The notes beneath the pieces were generated by a model, which was given only the letters and a program-made list of their open reading frames with translations, searched no databases and was not told the origin of the DNA. DNA of 35,222 nt from positions 1-35,222 of the IMG/VR virus record IMGVR_UViG_3300046779_000326, one strand, 5' to 3'. Below are positions 9,088 to 16,704 of this stretch, in pieces. This DNA is from a virus. Taxonomy: Duplodnaviria > Caudoviricetes. The translations under genes and the position numbers were made by a program. Positions within the stretch are counted from its first letter, which is position 1; each line of letters begins with the position of its first letter.

Positions 9088-10282
9088 CAGAAGCCTCCAC
9101 TAGTTCTGCTTTTTTACCAGTAAATTCTTCCCATCGTTTTACGATTACATCGCAATATTTTGGATCAAGCTCCATCAATCGAGCAATACGACCATTCTTT
9201 TCGGCGGCTATTAGTGTTGTTCCGCTACCACCAAACGAATCAAGAACAAGATCTCCACCCTTTGTATTATTAAGCATTTGATATTCAAACAAAGCAACAG
9301 GCTTCATAGTTGGGTGTTCACCGTTGCGGGAAGGCTTCTCAAACTCCAAAATAGTTGTTTGTTTGCGATCTGTTGCCCAAAGGTGGCCTGCGCCTTCTTT
9401 CCAACCATATAAGCAAGGTTCATGTTTCCAATGATAGTCTTGGCGACCCATTACCATGCTGGACTTTTTCCAAATAAGACATTGGCGAACTTTCCAACCT
9501 GCGTCTTGGGCTGCGCCTCGGAAGTTGTAGCCTTCTAAATCTGCATGCCAAATATAGAAAACAGCACCAGCCTTCATTACGGCATCGGCAGCAACGTAAG
9601 CATCGCGCAAGAACTGACGGAATTGATCATCGCCCATACTGTCGTTTTGAATCGTAAGGCTGTCTTTTGTTTTGCCTTCATACGCCACGTTGTAAGGCGG
9701 GTCTGTGAGCCACATATCAACAGCTTGACCGTCACAAAGGCGCTCTAAGTGTTCAATACTGGTGCTGTCGCCGCACATAAGGCGGTGTTTGCCCAATTTG
9801 TAGATGTCACCAGGCTTAGTCTTTGGTTCAGGCGGCAGCGGTGGGGCTTCATCCTCATCCGTTAAGCCTTCGTTCAACTCCACTGGGTTTAGCGCATCAA
9901 TCTCATCAAGGCTAAAACCTGTCAATTCCAAATCAAAGCCAAGCTCTGCCAACTGGTCAAACTCCAGCTTCAGCATTTCATTGTCCCACCCTGCATTTAG
10001 CGCCAAGCGGTTATCGGCAATGATGTAAGCCTTCTTCTGAGCCTCGGAAAGGCCAGTTAGTTCAATAGTTGGGACTTCAGTATGCCCTAGCTTGCGAGCA
10101 GCCAATAAACGCCCGTGGCCAGCAATTATGCCGTTGTCGCCATCGGTCAGAACTGGGTTAGTCCATCCAAACTCTTTGATTGATGCAGCGATCTGAGCGA
10201 TTTGTTCGTCAGAATGTGTGCGCGAGTTCCTTGCGTAAGGAATCAGGTCGGCGACATTGCGCCATACTAATTTTCGTTCCAC
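9068..10282 (-). CDS. ParB-like N-terminal domain fused to a beta-class amino-DNA methyltransferase
   Basis: N-terminal LIPYARNSRTH, SIKEFGW, IIAGHGR and IADNRL; motif IV TDPPY precedes HPTMKP and motif I DSFGGSGTT; SD AAGGAAG before the GTG start. Confidence 0.9.
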   Translation of the reverse strand: MERKLVWRNVADLIPYARNSRTHSDEQIAQIAASIKEFGWTNPVLTDGDNGIIAGHGRLLAARKLGHTEVPTIELTGLSEAQKKAYIIADNRLALNAGWDNEMLKLEFDQLAELGFDLELTGFSLDEIDALNPVELNEGLTDEDEAPPLPPEPKTKPGDIYKLGKHRLMCGDSTSIEHLERLCDGQAVDMWLTDPPYNVAYEGKTKDSLTIQNDSMGDDQFRQFLRDAYVAADAVMKAGAVFYIWHADLEGYNFRGAAQDAGWKVRQCLIWKKSSMVMGRQDYHWKHEPCLYGWKEGAGHLWATDRKQTTILEFEKPSRNGEHPTMKPVALFEYQMLNNTKGGDLVLDSFGGSGTTLIAAEKNGRIARLMELDPKYCDVIVKRWEEFTGKKAELVEASDEGSTV

Positions 10283-10308
10283 TTCACTTCCTTTTAGGCT
10301 TGGTGAAA

Positions 10309-10342
10309 GGGCAATTGCTGCCCAGACGGGTTTATTCTACCA
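10309..10342 (-). promoter_or_regulatory. Candidate extended -10 promoter plus leader hairpin for the methyltransferase
   Basis: Minus strand TG-G-TAGAAT (10342-10334, includes the upstream TAG stop), then GGGCA-GCAAT-TGCCC. Confidence 0.45.
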
Positions 10343-10585
10343 CTTAACTTTGTTCGCCCAATATGCAGCGCTCATTTTGCCCTTGGCGATGTTTTCAGCA
10401 TGACGAGCTTTAAACGCTTCATTGCGCTTTGTCCCGTCAGGACTGCCTTTAACGCCTTGTTGACCAAAACGGATTAATTTCACCTCGTCACCACTTTTGG
10501 CAAGAACCGCATGGCTCTTGGTTGGGTGATTTGGTGTCCGCTTTGGTTTGTTATAACCAGAAAATGATTCGTTTCCGCGCTTCAT
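10337..10585 (-). CDS. Conserved basic hypothetical protein
   Basis: 82 aa with KSHAVLAK, KLIRFGQQG, FKARH and SAAYWA motifs; ATGA-coupled. Confidence 0.7.
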   Translation of the reverse strand: MKRGNESFSGYNKPKRTPNHPTKSHAVLAKSGDEVKLIRFGQQGVKGSPDGTKRNEAFKARHAENIAKGKMSAAYWANKVKW

Positions 10586-11211
10586 ACCAATTCCACAGGA
10601 ATAAAGACGTTATCAGACCACACTCTTTCAGCAAAGAAGTAGCCCATTCGTTGAATCATTATAGCAATTTCGGGGTCTGTCATGCCGTTTTTGCCTAGCT
10701 TCTTTTGTTCAATAATGATGATTGGGCGTGAGCGCATGATGGTTTTCTTTGCGCCTTTGAGTGCGTTTTCCTCAAAGCCTTCCACATCTAACTGAAGCAA
10801 ATCAGGGTCAAGATTTAGGCTGTCGATAGTCATCATTGGGATGCCTTCATCGGATTCCTCGATTTGAAGCGCACCAGCATTTTTCTCGCCATCGCCTTCA
10901 ACCATGCGGCAAAAACCAGCTTTGTCAGACAGACCAGCCTTGTAGATTTCCACGTTTTGCTCGTCTACATTGCGCTTGAAGCACTCAAAGTTAACGTCAT
11001 CAGGCTCAAAAGTCACGACCTTCTCAAACAAAGGAGAATAAATCTTTGACCAAACACCGCAATTGCCGCCAGCATGGATAACCAAACCACGTTTAGGAAC
11101 CCACTTAACCAGCTCTGGAATAGCTTGCATTTCACGAGGAATCCAGTTCCACGCTTCAACGTCAGCCTTGGGCCACCACCAACCATCACGGTTTTCAATC
11201 AAATCTTCCAT
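10582..11211 (-). CDS. FkbM-family SAM-dependent methyltransferase
   Basis: VIHAGGNCG, VTFEPD, TIDSL, LQLDVEGFE and RPIIIIE motifs. Confidence 0.85.
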   Translation of the reverse strand: MEDLIENRDGWWWPKADVEAWNWIPREMQAIPELVKWVPKRGLVIHAGGNCGVWSKIYSPLFEKVVTFEPDDVNFECFKRNVDEQNVEIYKAGLSDKAGFCRMVEGDGEKNAGALQIEESDEGIPMMTIDSLNLDPDLLQLDVEGFEENALKGAKKTIMRSRPIIIIEQKKLGKNGMTDPEIAIMIQRMGYFFAERVWSDNVFIPVELV

Positions 11212-11831
11212 TCTTCAGCCCTTTCATAGCCTTGTGTAGAACCCCAAAATTGGGTAGCGAAACAATGACCGTTGCCTTCGTATCTATATCCTGAGAAGTG
11301 ATCTCTTGTGAAATAGTGCGAAGGGTAAACAGTCAGTGGGTACTCTGTGCGTTGGTAGACCTCAGTAATATGGAGTGGGCCTGTTGTTTCCCATGCTCGT
11401 TTATCAGTGACGGTTTCCTTGGCTCTTAGGTCTTCAATACATTGACCAAAGAAGGGATTTTGCGGGATTGAACCCATGACGCTGACGTTAATTAGACCAG
11501 GTCTGCGGGTTTCCTGTTCCCAATGCGCGAAAGCATCGGGCTTTAGTAGCCAATCCTCTAACGTAGCAAGGCAGACAGAATCAGCATCTAGCGTAATTCC
11601 GCCTTCGTTGTATAGGATTTCGTAACGCATCAGGTCAGCAACACCGCAAAGCTCGTGTTTAGCCATTGCCTGAATGTGTTTGGCATTGAACCATTTTGTA
11701 TTTTTCAGGTCTGCATTGCCCCAAATCCTAATCTGATAGTCAGGATTCAGGGTTTTCCAAGTCTCAATGCAGTGATCTGGTCGTTTGGATTCGTCACCGA
11801 CCCAAACAAAGTGAAGCCGCTTTGGAATCAC
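11199..11831 (-). CDS. Glycosyltransferase family 32 (OCH1-like, DxD)
   Basis: IPKRLHFVWVG, TWKTLNPDY, ADLMRYEILYNEGGITLDAD and TTGP motifs; GTG start overlaps the upstream TGA. Confidence 0.88.
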   Translation of the reverse strand: MIPKRLHFVWVGDESKRPDHCIETWKTLNPDYQIRIWGNADLKNTKWFNAKHIQAMAKHELCGVADLMRYEILYNEGGITLDADSVCLATLEDWLLKPDAFAHWEQETRRPGLINVSVMGSIPQNPFFGQCIEDLRAKETVTDKRAWETTGPLHITEVYQRTEYPLTVYPSHYFTRDHFSGYRYEGNGHCFATQFWGSTQGYERAEEWKI

Positions 11832-11989
11832 TTTTTCTTCATTGCTTTTTTAGCAGCACTTAAACCAATAGCAACCGCTTGTTTTTGGCTCTTGACAATA
11901 GGGCCACCTTTGCCAGAGTGTAGCTTTCCAGCCTTGTATTCAGAGTATACTTTGCCTACTTTATCTTTGGCTTTAGGAGTAAGTTTCAT
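11828..11989 (-). CDS. Small basic protein (DUF6496-like), absent from the ORF track
   Basis: 53 aa MKLTPKAKDKVGKVYSEYKAGKLHSGKGGPIVKSQKQAVAIGLSAAKKAMKKK; SD-like AAGGT upstream; GTGA overlap with the GT32 gene. Confidence 0.8.
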   Translation of the reverse strand: MKLTPKAKDKVGKVYSEYKAGKLHSGKGGPIVKSQKQAVAIGLSAAKKAMKKK

Positions 11990-12500
11990 GAGTGACCTTG
12001 AAGAAGTTTGGATGCCAGTACCGAATTATGAATCATTTTACCAAGTTAGCAATAGTGGAAAATTTGCAATCATTAAAAAAGATGGTCGAGTTTTAAGAAA
12101 ACTCAATACAGCAACACAATATCTAAGCGTATCTTGCAAAGATATTGATGGAAGCGGTCAAAAAGCCTTATACATACATCAACTTGTTGCTCATGTATTC
12201 ATTGGGAAACGACCAGATGGCATGGTTGTAAGGCATATTGACGGAAACAGATACAACAATCATGTGAGCAACTTATGTTATGGAAGCCCGCATGAAAATA
12301 CACTAGATTCAATCAAAAACAAAACGTATGCCAAAGAAAGAAATGGCAGATCATTGCTTAACCAAAGGATGGTTAATGCAATTAGAAGTTTGTTCAACGA
12401 TAAGATCGTATCAAAAACACAATTAGCGAAAGCGTTTCAAGTTTCTGAATCAACAATAAATGCGATTATCAAAAACAGAAACTGGAAAGAAGATGTTTAG
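11988..12500 (+). CDS. NUMOD4-HNH homing endonuclease, antisense to the operon
   Basis: EVWMPVPNYESFYQVSNSG (NUMOD4), IHQLVAHVF..VRHIDGNRYNNHVSNL (HNH) and a C-terminal HTH; SD TAGGAG before ATG 11988; AT-rich. Confidence 0.88.
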   Translation: MSDLEEVWMPVPNYESFYQVSNSGKFAIIKKDGRVLRKLNTATQYLSVSCKDIDGSGQKALYIHQLVAHVFIGKRPDGMVVRHIDGNRYNNHVSNLCYGSPHENTLDSIKNKTYAKERNGRSLLNQRMVNAIRSLFNDKIVSKTQLAKAFQVSESTINAIIKNRNWKEDV

Positions 12501-12919
12501 TCTTCTTCAGCCTCTTTCATCACAGGAGCTTTTTCCCATTGGCGGCAAGTGCGTTGGTGGTGACACACAAAAATAAATTTATCGCAGTAACCACGACCAC
12601 CGCCATCTTTATCAAACTCATCCTCTGGCACGACTTCCATCGCTTCCAAAGTCTCAGGAGCATCGTCAAAGTATTCGCAGTTAGCGCACAGACGGCGCTT
12701 TGCTTGGTCAGGAGATGTACGCCAGACGTTAGCAAGACCGCGCCAGTATTCGCTGTTTGGAGCGTCAACCTTGACAGGGCCGAGCATCTGAGTCTCAACC
12801 AAGGTATCGCGTGTTTTTTTGTTTGATTCTGCTGTCAAGCCTTCGATTACGGGCTTTTCTGCCTCGATTTCCTCGATTTCAACTTTGATTTCAGCAGCAG
12901 GGGCGAGTAATCCAGCCAT
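12497..12919 (-). CDS. Cys-containing protein with HiPIP-like Cys spacing
   Basis: CANCEYF...GYCDKF.FVC...TCRQW; SD GAAAGG. Confidence 0.65.
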   Translation of the reverse strand: MAGLLAPAAEIKVEIEEIEAEKPVIEGLTAESNKKTRDTLVETQMLGPVKVDAPNSEYWRGLANVWRTSPDQAKRRLCANCEYFDDAPETLEAMEVVPEDEFDKDGGGRGYCDKFIFVCHHQRTCRQWEKAPVMKEAEED

Positions 12920-12930
12920 AAGAGCCTTTC

Positions 12931-12954
12931 AAAAAGAAGGCAGCGAACTGCCTT
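12931..12954 (-). terminator. Rho-independent terminator upstream of the late gene block
   Basis: Minus strand AAGGCAG-TTCG-CTGCCTT then CTTTTT. Confidence 0.75.
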
Positions 12955-12997
12955 TAAGACCTAATCGCCATGAACAAACGAATAGGCAACTGATATT

Positions 12998-13309
12998 TTA
13001 TTGTAGCTCAGAAGGCCAGTTTCCACTAGCTTTTAGCTTTGCAACAGTCTTTTGATACGCCATTTGCCACAGCATTCGGCGTTGTTCTTTTGTCAGCCTA
13101 GCGCCTTGGTCTAGTTCCGTGTGGCATTTTTGACACAAAGCGGCTGTGAACTCGTCACTCGCCTTGATTCCCCTGCCTTTACCGTGTTCAGCCCAATTGG
13201 AGTGTGCAGCTTGGGTTTGTCCTTCGATATAGCAGTTTTGGCATGGCAGTTCAGCCACGTTTTGTAGGTGTTTCTTGCTTCTGAAGTAATTGAATTTAGG
13301 AATCATCAT
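12998..13309 (-). CDS. DUF968/DUF1364-like Zn-binding (HNH-like) nuclease
   Basis: RSKKHLQNVAELPCQNC, QAAH, GRGIKASD, LCQKCH. Confidence 0.7.
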   Translation of the reverse strand: MMIPKFNYFRSKKHLQNVAELPCQNCYIEGQTQAAHSNWAEHGKGRGIKASDEFTAALCQKCHTELDQGARLTKEQRRMLWQMAYQKTVAKLKASGNWPSELQ

Positions 13310-13782
13310 ACTGAAATAGGCTCAATGCGCCTCATTTTGTTTGATTTATATTCTCGCTCAATGTCCTCAAGTGCAAGCTCTAAAGTCCTTACAGGGCAAT
13401 TGCGTAGCTGTTCGTCATGCAAAGCCAAAACTGTTTCAACAGCTTGAAGCTCTAACCCTGTGAAAACAAAGCTCTTTCCGCTTACGCCACGCTGCGCCAT
13501 CGCATAAATTGCATCTTGGGCTTGTCCGATTTCCTCAAGCCAATCACGACCTAGCTGGCGTTTTGCCAAGGCTTCTGCACAGTTGACCATTGTTATGAGA
13601 TTGTCCACATGGAATGTGTCTCCCCTGCCTTCACGGATTTCATCAAATGAGGCATGGTTCTTAATCATCAGCTTAGTCCCTGCGTCTGGCACTTCTGCGA
13701 CTTTCTTAAATCCGCTGATTACCCATGACAAAGCATCCATACGAACGCCTTTGGGCTTGTATTTTTTACGGGGTTTACTCAT
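13306..13782 (-). CDS. Hypothetical protein
   Basis: 158 aa with a basic N-terminus; ATGA-coupled on both sides. Confidence 0.65.
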   Translation of the reverse strand: MSKPRKKYKPKGVRMDALSWVISGFKKVAEVPDAGTKLMIKNHASFDEIREGRGDTFHVDNLITMVNCAEALAKRQLGRDWLEEIGQAQDAIYAMAQRGVSGKSFVFTGLELQAVETVLALHDEQLRNCPVRTLELALEDIEREYKSNKMRRIEPISV

Positions 13783-14111
13783 TGCATCGCCTTGTCTGTT
13801 GCTCTGTTTGTTGCTTCCTCACTACGCCAAACGTCAACCCGCATCCTTGCAGCTTCTAGCTTCCATTTGAGCATTTCTTCTGTTTCAATGGCACTTGCCA
13901 ATCCTTCCAGAAGCTCTAAATACTCAGGATGTGCATAGGCTTCTCGTTCTTGTGCGTTTGCTGCCTCAATGCCTCTGAGCATTGCATCTCGCATTAGCAA
14001 AGCCTTTTTAGACTTTCTGAATTCTTCAAGATGCACTCGTTTTGCTTTTGCGGCGGCAAAGTGCTTTGCGTTAGCCAAGATGAAATCAATGGCTTTTTGT
14101 GGTGCGCTCAT
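13779..14111 (-). CDS. Helical hypothetical protein
   Basis: 110 aa with AQEREAYAHPEY and VWRSEEA; ATGA-coupled. Confidence 0.65.
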   Translation of the reverse strand: MSAPQKAIDFILANAKHFAAAKAKRVHLEEFRKSKKALLMRDAMLRGIEAANAQEREAYAHPEYLELLEGLASAIETEEMLKWKLEAARMRVDVWRSEEATNRATDKAMQ

Positions 14112-14296
14112 TTATCCAATTCCTGCATAGCTCGGCGCAGATAGATCGCTTGGTCTAAACACTCTTGATAAGCGTGTTCAAGCCATTGGCGCAGCGTCAA
14201 AGGGTTGTCTTGTACGCTGATTCCGTACTTGTTCATGCCAAGCTGTTGACGCGCTTCAATGTCAGCACATACCTTTTGTTCAATTCCGTGTGTCAT
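14108..14296 (-). CDS. Small conserved protein, possibly an all-alpha NTP-pyrophosphatase-like fold
   Basis: RQQLGMNKYG...WLEHAYQECLDQAIYL. Confidence 0.6.
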   Translation of the reverse strand: MTHGIEQKVCADIEARQQLGMNKYGISVQDNPLTLRQWLEHAYQECLDQAIYLRRAMQELDK

Positions 14297-14556
14297 ATCA
14301 CCCCAATCATTCTTAAAGCGGCTTCAGGGCCATCAACTCTGCACAACGTACCACCAGTCCATTTTGCAAAAAAGTCTTGTTGTAGCTTTGTTAAAGTCTT
14401 TCTAGGCCCTGATTTGCATTCCATCAACCAAGTATGTCCGTTGTAGCCAACCAATAAATCCACTGGTAAGCCAATAATCCAGACGTAAGCACCAGCAGCG
14501 CGTAAAGCAGAAACGATTTGTTCTTGCGTAGCATCAACCCTAGCCGCATATCTCAT
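14293..14556 (-). CDS. VRR-NUC/PD-(D/E)xK nuclease, possibly a resolvase
   Basis: RVDATQEQIVSALR, PVDLLVG...MECK, LTKLQQDFFAKW. Confidence 0.7.
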   Translation of the reverse strand: MRYAARVDATQEQIVSALRAAGAYVWIIGLPVDLLVGYNGHTWLMECKSGPRKTLTKLQQDFFAKWTGGTLCRVDGPEAALRMIGVI

Positions 14557-14708
14557 TGAAGCTCCATTGGTAGCTTAACGATAGGCAAAGCCAACATATT
14601 CTCTTTTGCGTATTCAAAGCCAAGGTCGTAGGCGTTTGACATAGCCGTTATTGTGTTTTCATCGCAGCCTACGCCACGCAACATTGCGATCATGTCTTCT
14701 TTTGTCAT
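14553..14708 (-). CDS. Hypothetical protein
   Basis: 51 aa from ATG 14708 (ATGA overlap, SD GGAG). Confidence 0.55.
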   Translation of the reverse strand: MTKEDMIAMLRGVGCDENTITAMSNAYDLGFEYAKENMLALPIVKLPMELQ

Positions 14709-14986
14709 TTTGTGTTCTTCTCCTTGAGTTTGGCTTCTGCCCATGCAACACCTTGAATAAATCCATGTGCTTGTTCTTCTTTATCTGCCTCGGCATCAAT
14801 TTCCTCATCCGTCAGCTTAACCCATGCTCTACGAGTATCCTCGCCTACGGCTGCGGTGCAGTGTTGTTCACGCTCTGCAAGCAAAACAGTAATCAAATTT
14901 CCAACAACGACAAGTTCATTATCTTTGCTTTCACGCAAAACTTTGGCAATTTCTTTTGCTGTTGATACGTCTTCTTTGTCTAACAT
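14705..14986 (-). CDS. Hypothetical protein with an LTDEEI...AEAKLKEKN module
   Basis: SD GAGGAG; the C-terminal module is shared with the upstream gene. Confidence 0.6.
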   Translation of the reverse strand: MLDKEDVSTAKEIAKVLRESKDNELVVVGNLITVLLAEREQHCTAAVGEDTRRAWVKLTDEEIDAEADKEEQAHGFIQGVAWAEAKLKEKNTK

Positions 14987-14989
14987 GTC

Positions 14990-15865
14990 TTACTCCTCTG
15001 TAATGCCGTGGGCGGCTTCGATTGCTCTTGCAAAACCTTTCCACGTAAATGATGCGCTTGTTTGAATAGCGTAAATCTGCTCATCCGTCAGCGGCTTGCG
15101 TTGTTGCCGTCCCGTAGGGACATATGGTGTTGTGTCGTGCGATGATTGGTCAAGCATCACTGTTCTTGCAAGTGCTTCACATGTTTGACAAGGTTTGTGT
15201 CCACGGTCTAGGTTTTGTTGAAAACGCTCTAAAAAAGCTGCTTCATCAATACCGTCACCCACAGGCTCACCCACGCACTCCGTGCTCTGCTCTTGCTTGG
15301 CTGCTTTTTTGCCGTCTTCATGCCCACGTATGTAAGAAACAGTCAAATCTTTTTCCAAATCTGCAATTCGCATTGCTTGCGTATATGTCTTCTCTTGCAA
15401 ATCTTGACAGATTGCATCTAAGTCAGGCTCACCCACGTGCTCCGTGCTCACGCTAACGCTCTGCTCTTGCTTTGGTTGTGATGGCTGTGGTGTGGTGTAA
15501 AGTTTTGTTCCAGCTGGTAACTCAACGGGGACAACAGGAACAACCATGCCCTCATAAATTGCCGATAACTGCATCTCACCCACAGGCTCACCCTGCTCTT
15601 GCTTGGCTAGTGCTTTTACCGCAGCCGCATACCCTAAATCCCAACATTTCATGGTTTCTTCTAAAGTATATCCAAAAGGTTTTGGCTCTTGCTTTTGCTC
15701 TTGCTTCTCTGCCTCTGCGATGGCTTGGCGTAGGGATGTGATGGATTTCTCGTACTCCATGCGGTACTTGTTTGCAGAATGAATCACGACATATTGCAGC
15801 CCGTGTTCCAACGCCTCAAGCGCCAGCTTCACCGTGTCTTCATCAATCAAAATTTGCTTAGTCAT
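14990..15865 (-). CDS. Modular hypothetical protein with repeated KQEQ..EP linkers
   Basis: 291 aa from ATG 15865 (TAATG overlap); KLALEALE start, four KQEQ..EP linkers and an ending PLTDEQI..FARAIEAAHGI. Confidence 0.7.
   Translation of the reverse strand: MTKQILIDEDTVKLALEALEHGLQYVVIHSANKYRMEYEKSITSLRQAIAEAEKQEQKQEPKPFGYTLEETMKCWDLGYAAAVKALAKQEQGEPVGEMQLSAIYEGMVVPVVPVELPAGTKLYTTPQPSQPKQEQSVSVSTEHVGEPDLDAICQDLQEKTYTQAMRIADLEKDLTVSYIRGHEDGKKAAKQEQSTECVGEPVGDGIDEAAFLERFQQNLDRGHKPCQTCEALARTVMLDQSSHDTTPYVPTGRQQRKPLTDEQIYAIQTSASFTWKGFARAIEAAHGITEE
15255..15706. repeat. Dispersed direct repeats encoding KQEQ/GEPVG linkers
   Basis: tcacccacaggctcaccc at 15255 and 15576; ctgctcttgcttggct at 15287 and 15593; caggctcacccacg at 15262 and 15424; gctcttgctt also at 15685 and 15697. 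Confidence 0.85.
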
Positions 15866-15969
15866 TACATTGGGCTTTCTGGCAGTTGTGCGCGTTGCGC
15901 TTGTTGATACGATTGTTCTTGTGCTTTTGTCCACGGCACAGGTGGATAGGGTGGAAAAGGCCAGTTCAT
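15865..15969 (-). CDS. 34-aa Pro-rich peptide, absent from the ORF track
   Basis: MNWPFPPYPPVPWTKAQEQSYQQAQRAQLPESPM; ATGA overlap upstream, TAATG downstream, SD GGAG. Confidence 0.7.
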   Translation of the reverse strand: MNWPFPPYPPVPWTKAQEQSYQQAQRAQLPESPM

Positions 15970-16292
15970 AGCTTCTCCAATGCAAAGTCAATTGCTAAAA
16001 GTGCTTTTTCCTCTGCTTCAAAGTTTTCGTGCATCAAGTCAGTTGCAGTGTGCGACAAGGCTTCACGCGCCAGCTTTAAAGTTTCTTTTGTATCAACAGA
16101 CTTTGTTTTATCACTTGCATCAACAATACGAATCAGAGCTGCAATCATGTCCTTGGCCTGTTCCATGTTCAAGCTAACATGGCATCGAGCCGCCTCAGTC
16201 ACCAAGCTAACCCAAACGTGACCATCGTATAAATCCACGTTTACATGGCGGCGTTTGTGTATCGTTTCGATCTTTGTGTCGAGGTCTTTCAT
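15966..16292 (-). CDS. Hypothetical protein
   Basis: 108 aa, SD GAGGTG, ATGA-coupled. Confidence 0.6.
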   Translation of the reverse strand: MKDLDTKIETIHKRRHVNVDLYDGHVWVSLVTEAARCHVSLNMEQAKDMIAALIRIVDASDKTKSVDTKETLKLAREALSHTATDLMHENFEAEEKALLAIDFALEKL

Positions 16293-16534
16293 GCTTCACC
16301 TCTTGCTCGGATTCCATCGCCAATAGCGCCCATAACAACAGTTAGCGGCTGGTTTCCAACCATAAGCCCTTCAACATACTTTGCACACGCCTCACGCTCT
16401 TTAGCTGCTACCAGTTTGGCAAAGGCTTCAAGTTCTTTAAGTGAACAATCAACAATTCCATGCCGAAATACGCCGATTTCAGCCTGTCTAGCGATCTTAA
16501 TGATTTCATCTTGTGTCATCTCATATCCTTTCAT
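16289..16534 (-). CDS. Hypothetical protein (LEAFAKLVAAKEREACAK type)
   Basis: Motifs typical of small early genes in such phages; ATGA-coupled. Confidence 0.65.
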   Translation of the reverse strand: MKGYEMTQDEIIKIARQAEIGVFRHGIVDCSLKELEAFAKLVAAKEREACAKYVEGLMVGNQPLTVVMGAIGDGIRARGEA

Positions 16535-16704
16535 TTACGTTCATCTAGTCTTTCTCGTACTGCATCAATCAACCCAACCCACAAACCTGACGGGTCTTTT
16601 TCAAGCTCTTGCGCTCTTTGTTTCGCGTAAGCAATCCAGCCCTTCTGTAAAGCCATCTTTGTCAGATGCTCCACTTGTTGCTCGAATACTTGGTTGAAAT
16701 CCAT
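16531..16704 (-). CDS. 57-aa hypothetical protein, absent from the ORF track
   Basis: MDFNQVFEQQVEHLTKMALQKGWIAYAKQRAQELEKDPSGLWVGLIDAVRERLDERK; its stop is ATGA-coupled to 16534 and it fills the 16535-16600 gap. Confidence 0.65.
   Translation of the reverse strand: MDFNQVFEQQVEHLTKMALQKGWIAYAKQRAQELEKDPSGLWVGLIDAVRERLDERK

Noticed and set aside
11892-11920. TTGACA as the -35 of an HNH promoter
   Set aside because: No credible -10 at 16-18 nt spacing; TATACT is 48 nt away.
11655-11987. 111-codon N-terminal extension of the HNH ORF in the track
   Set aside because: It lies antisense to GT32 and the 53-aa gene. The NUMOD4 motif begins right after ATG 11988, which has a good SD.
15255-15706. 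Repeats as a CRISPR array or DGR template/variable repeats
   Set aside because: The repeats are in-frame coding linkers with irregular spacing. No cas or reverse transcriptase gene is present and there is no adenine-specific mismatch pattern.
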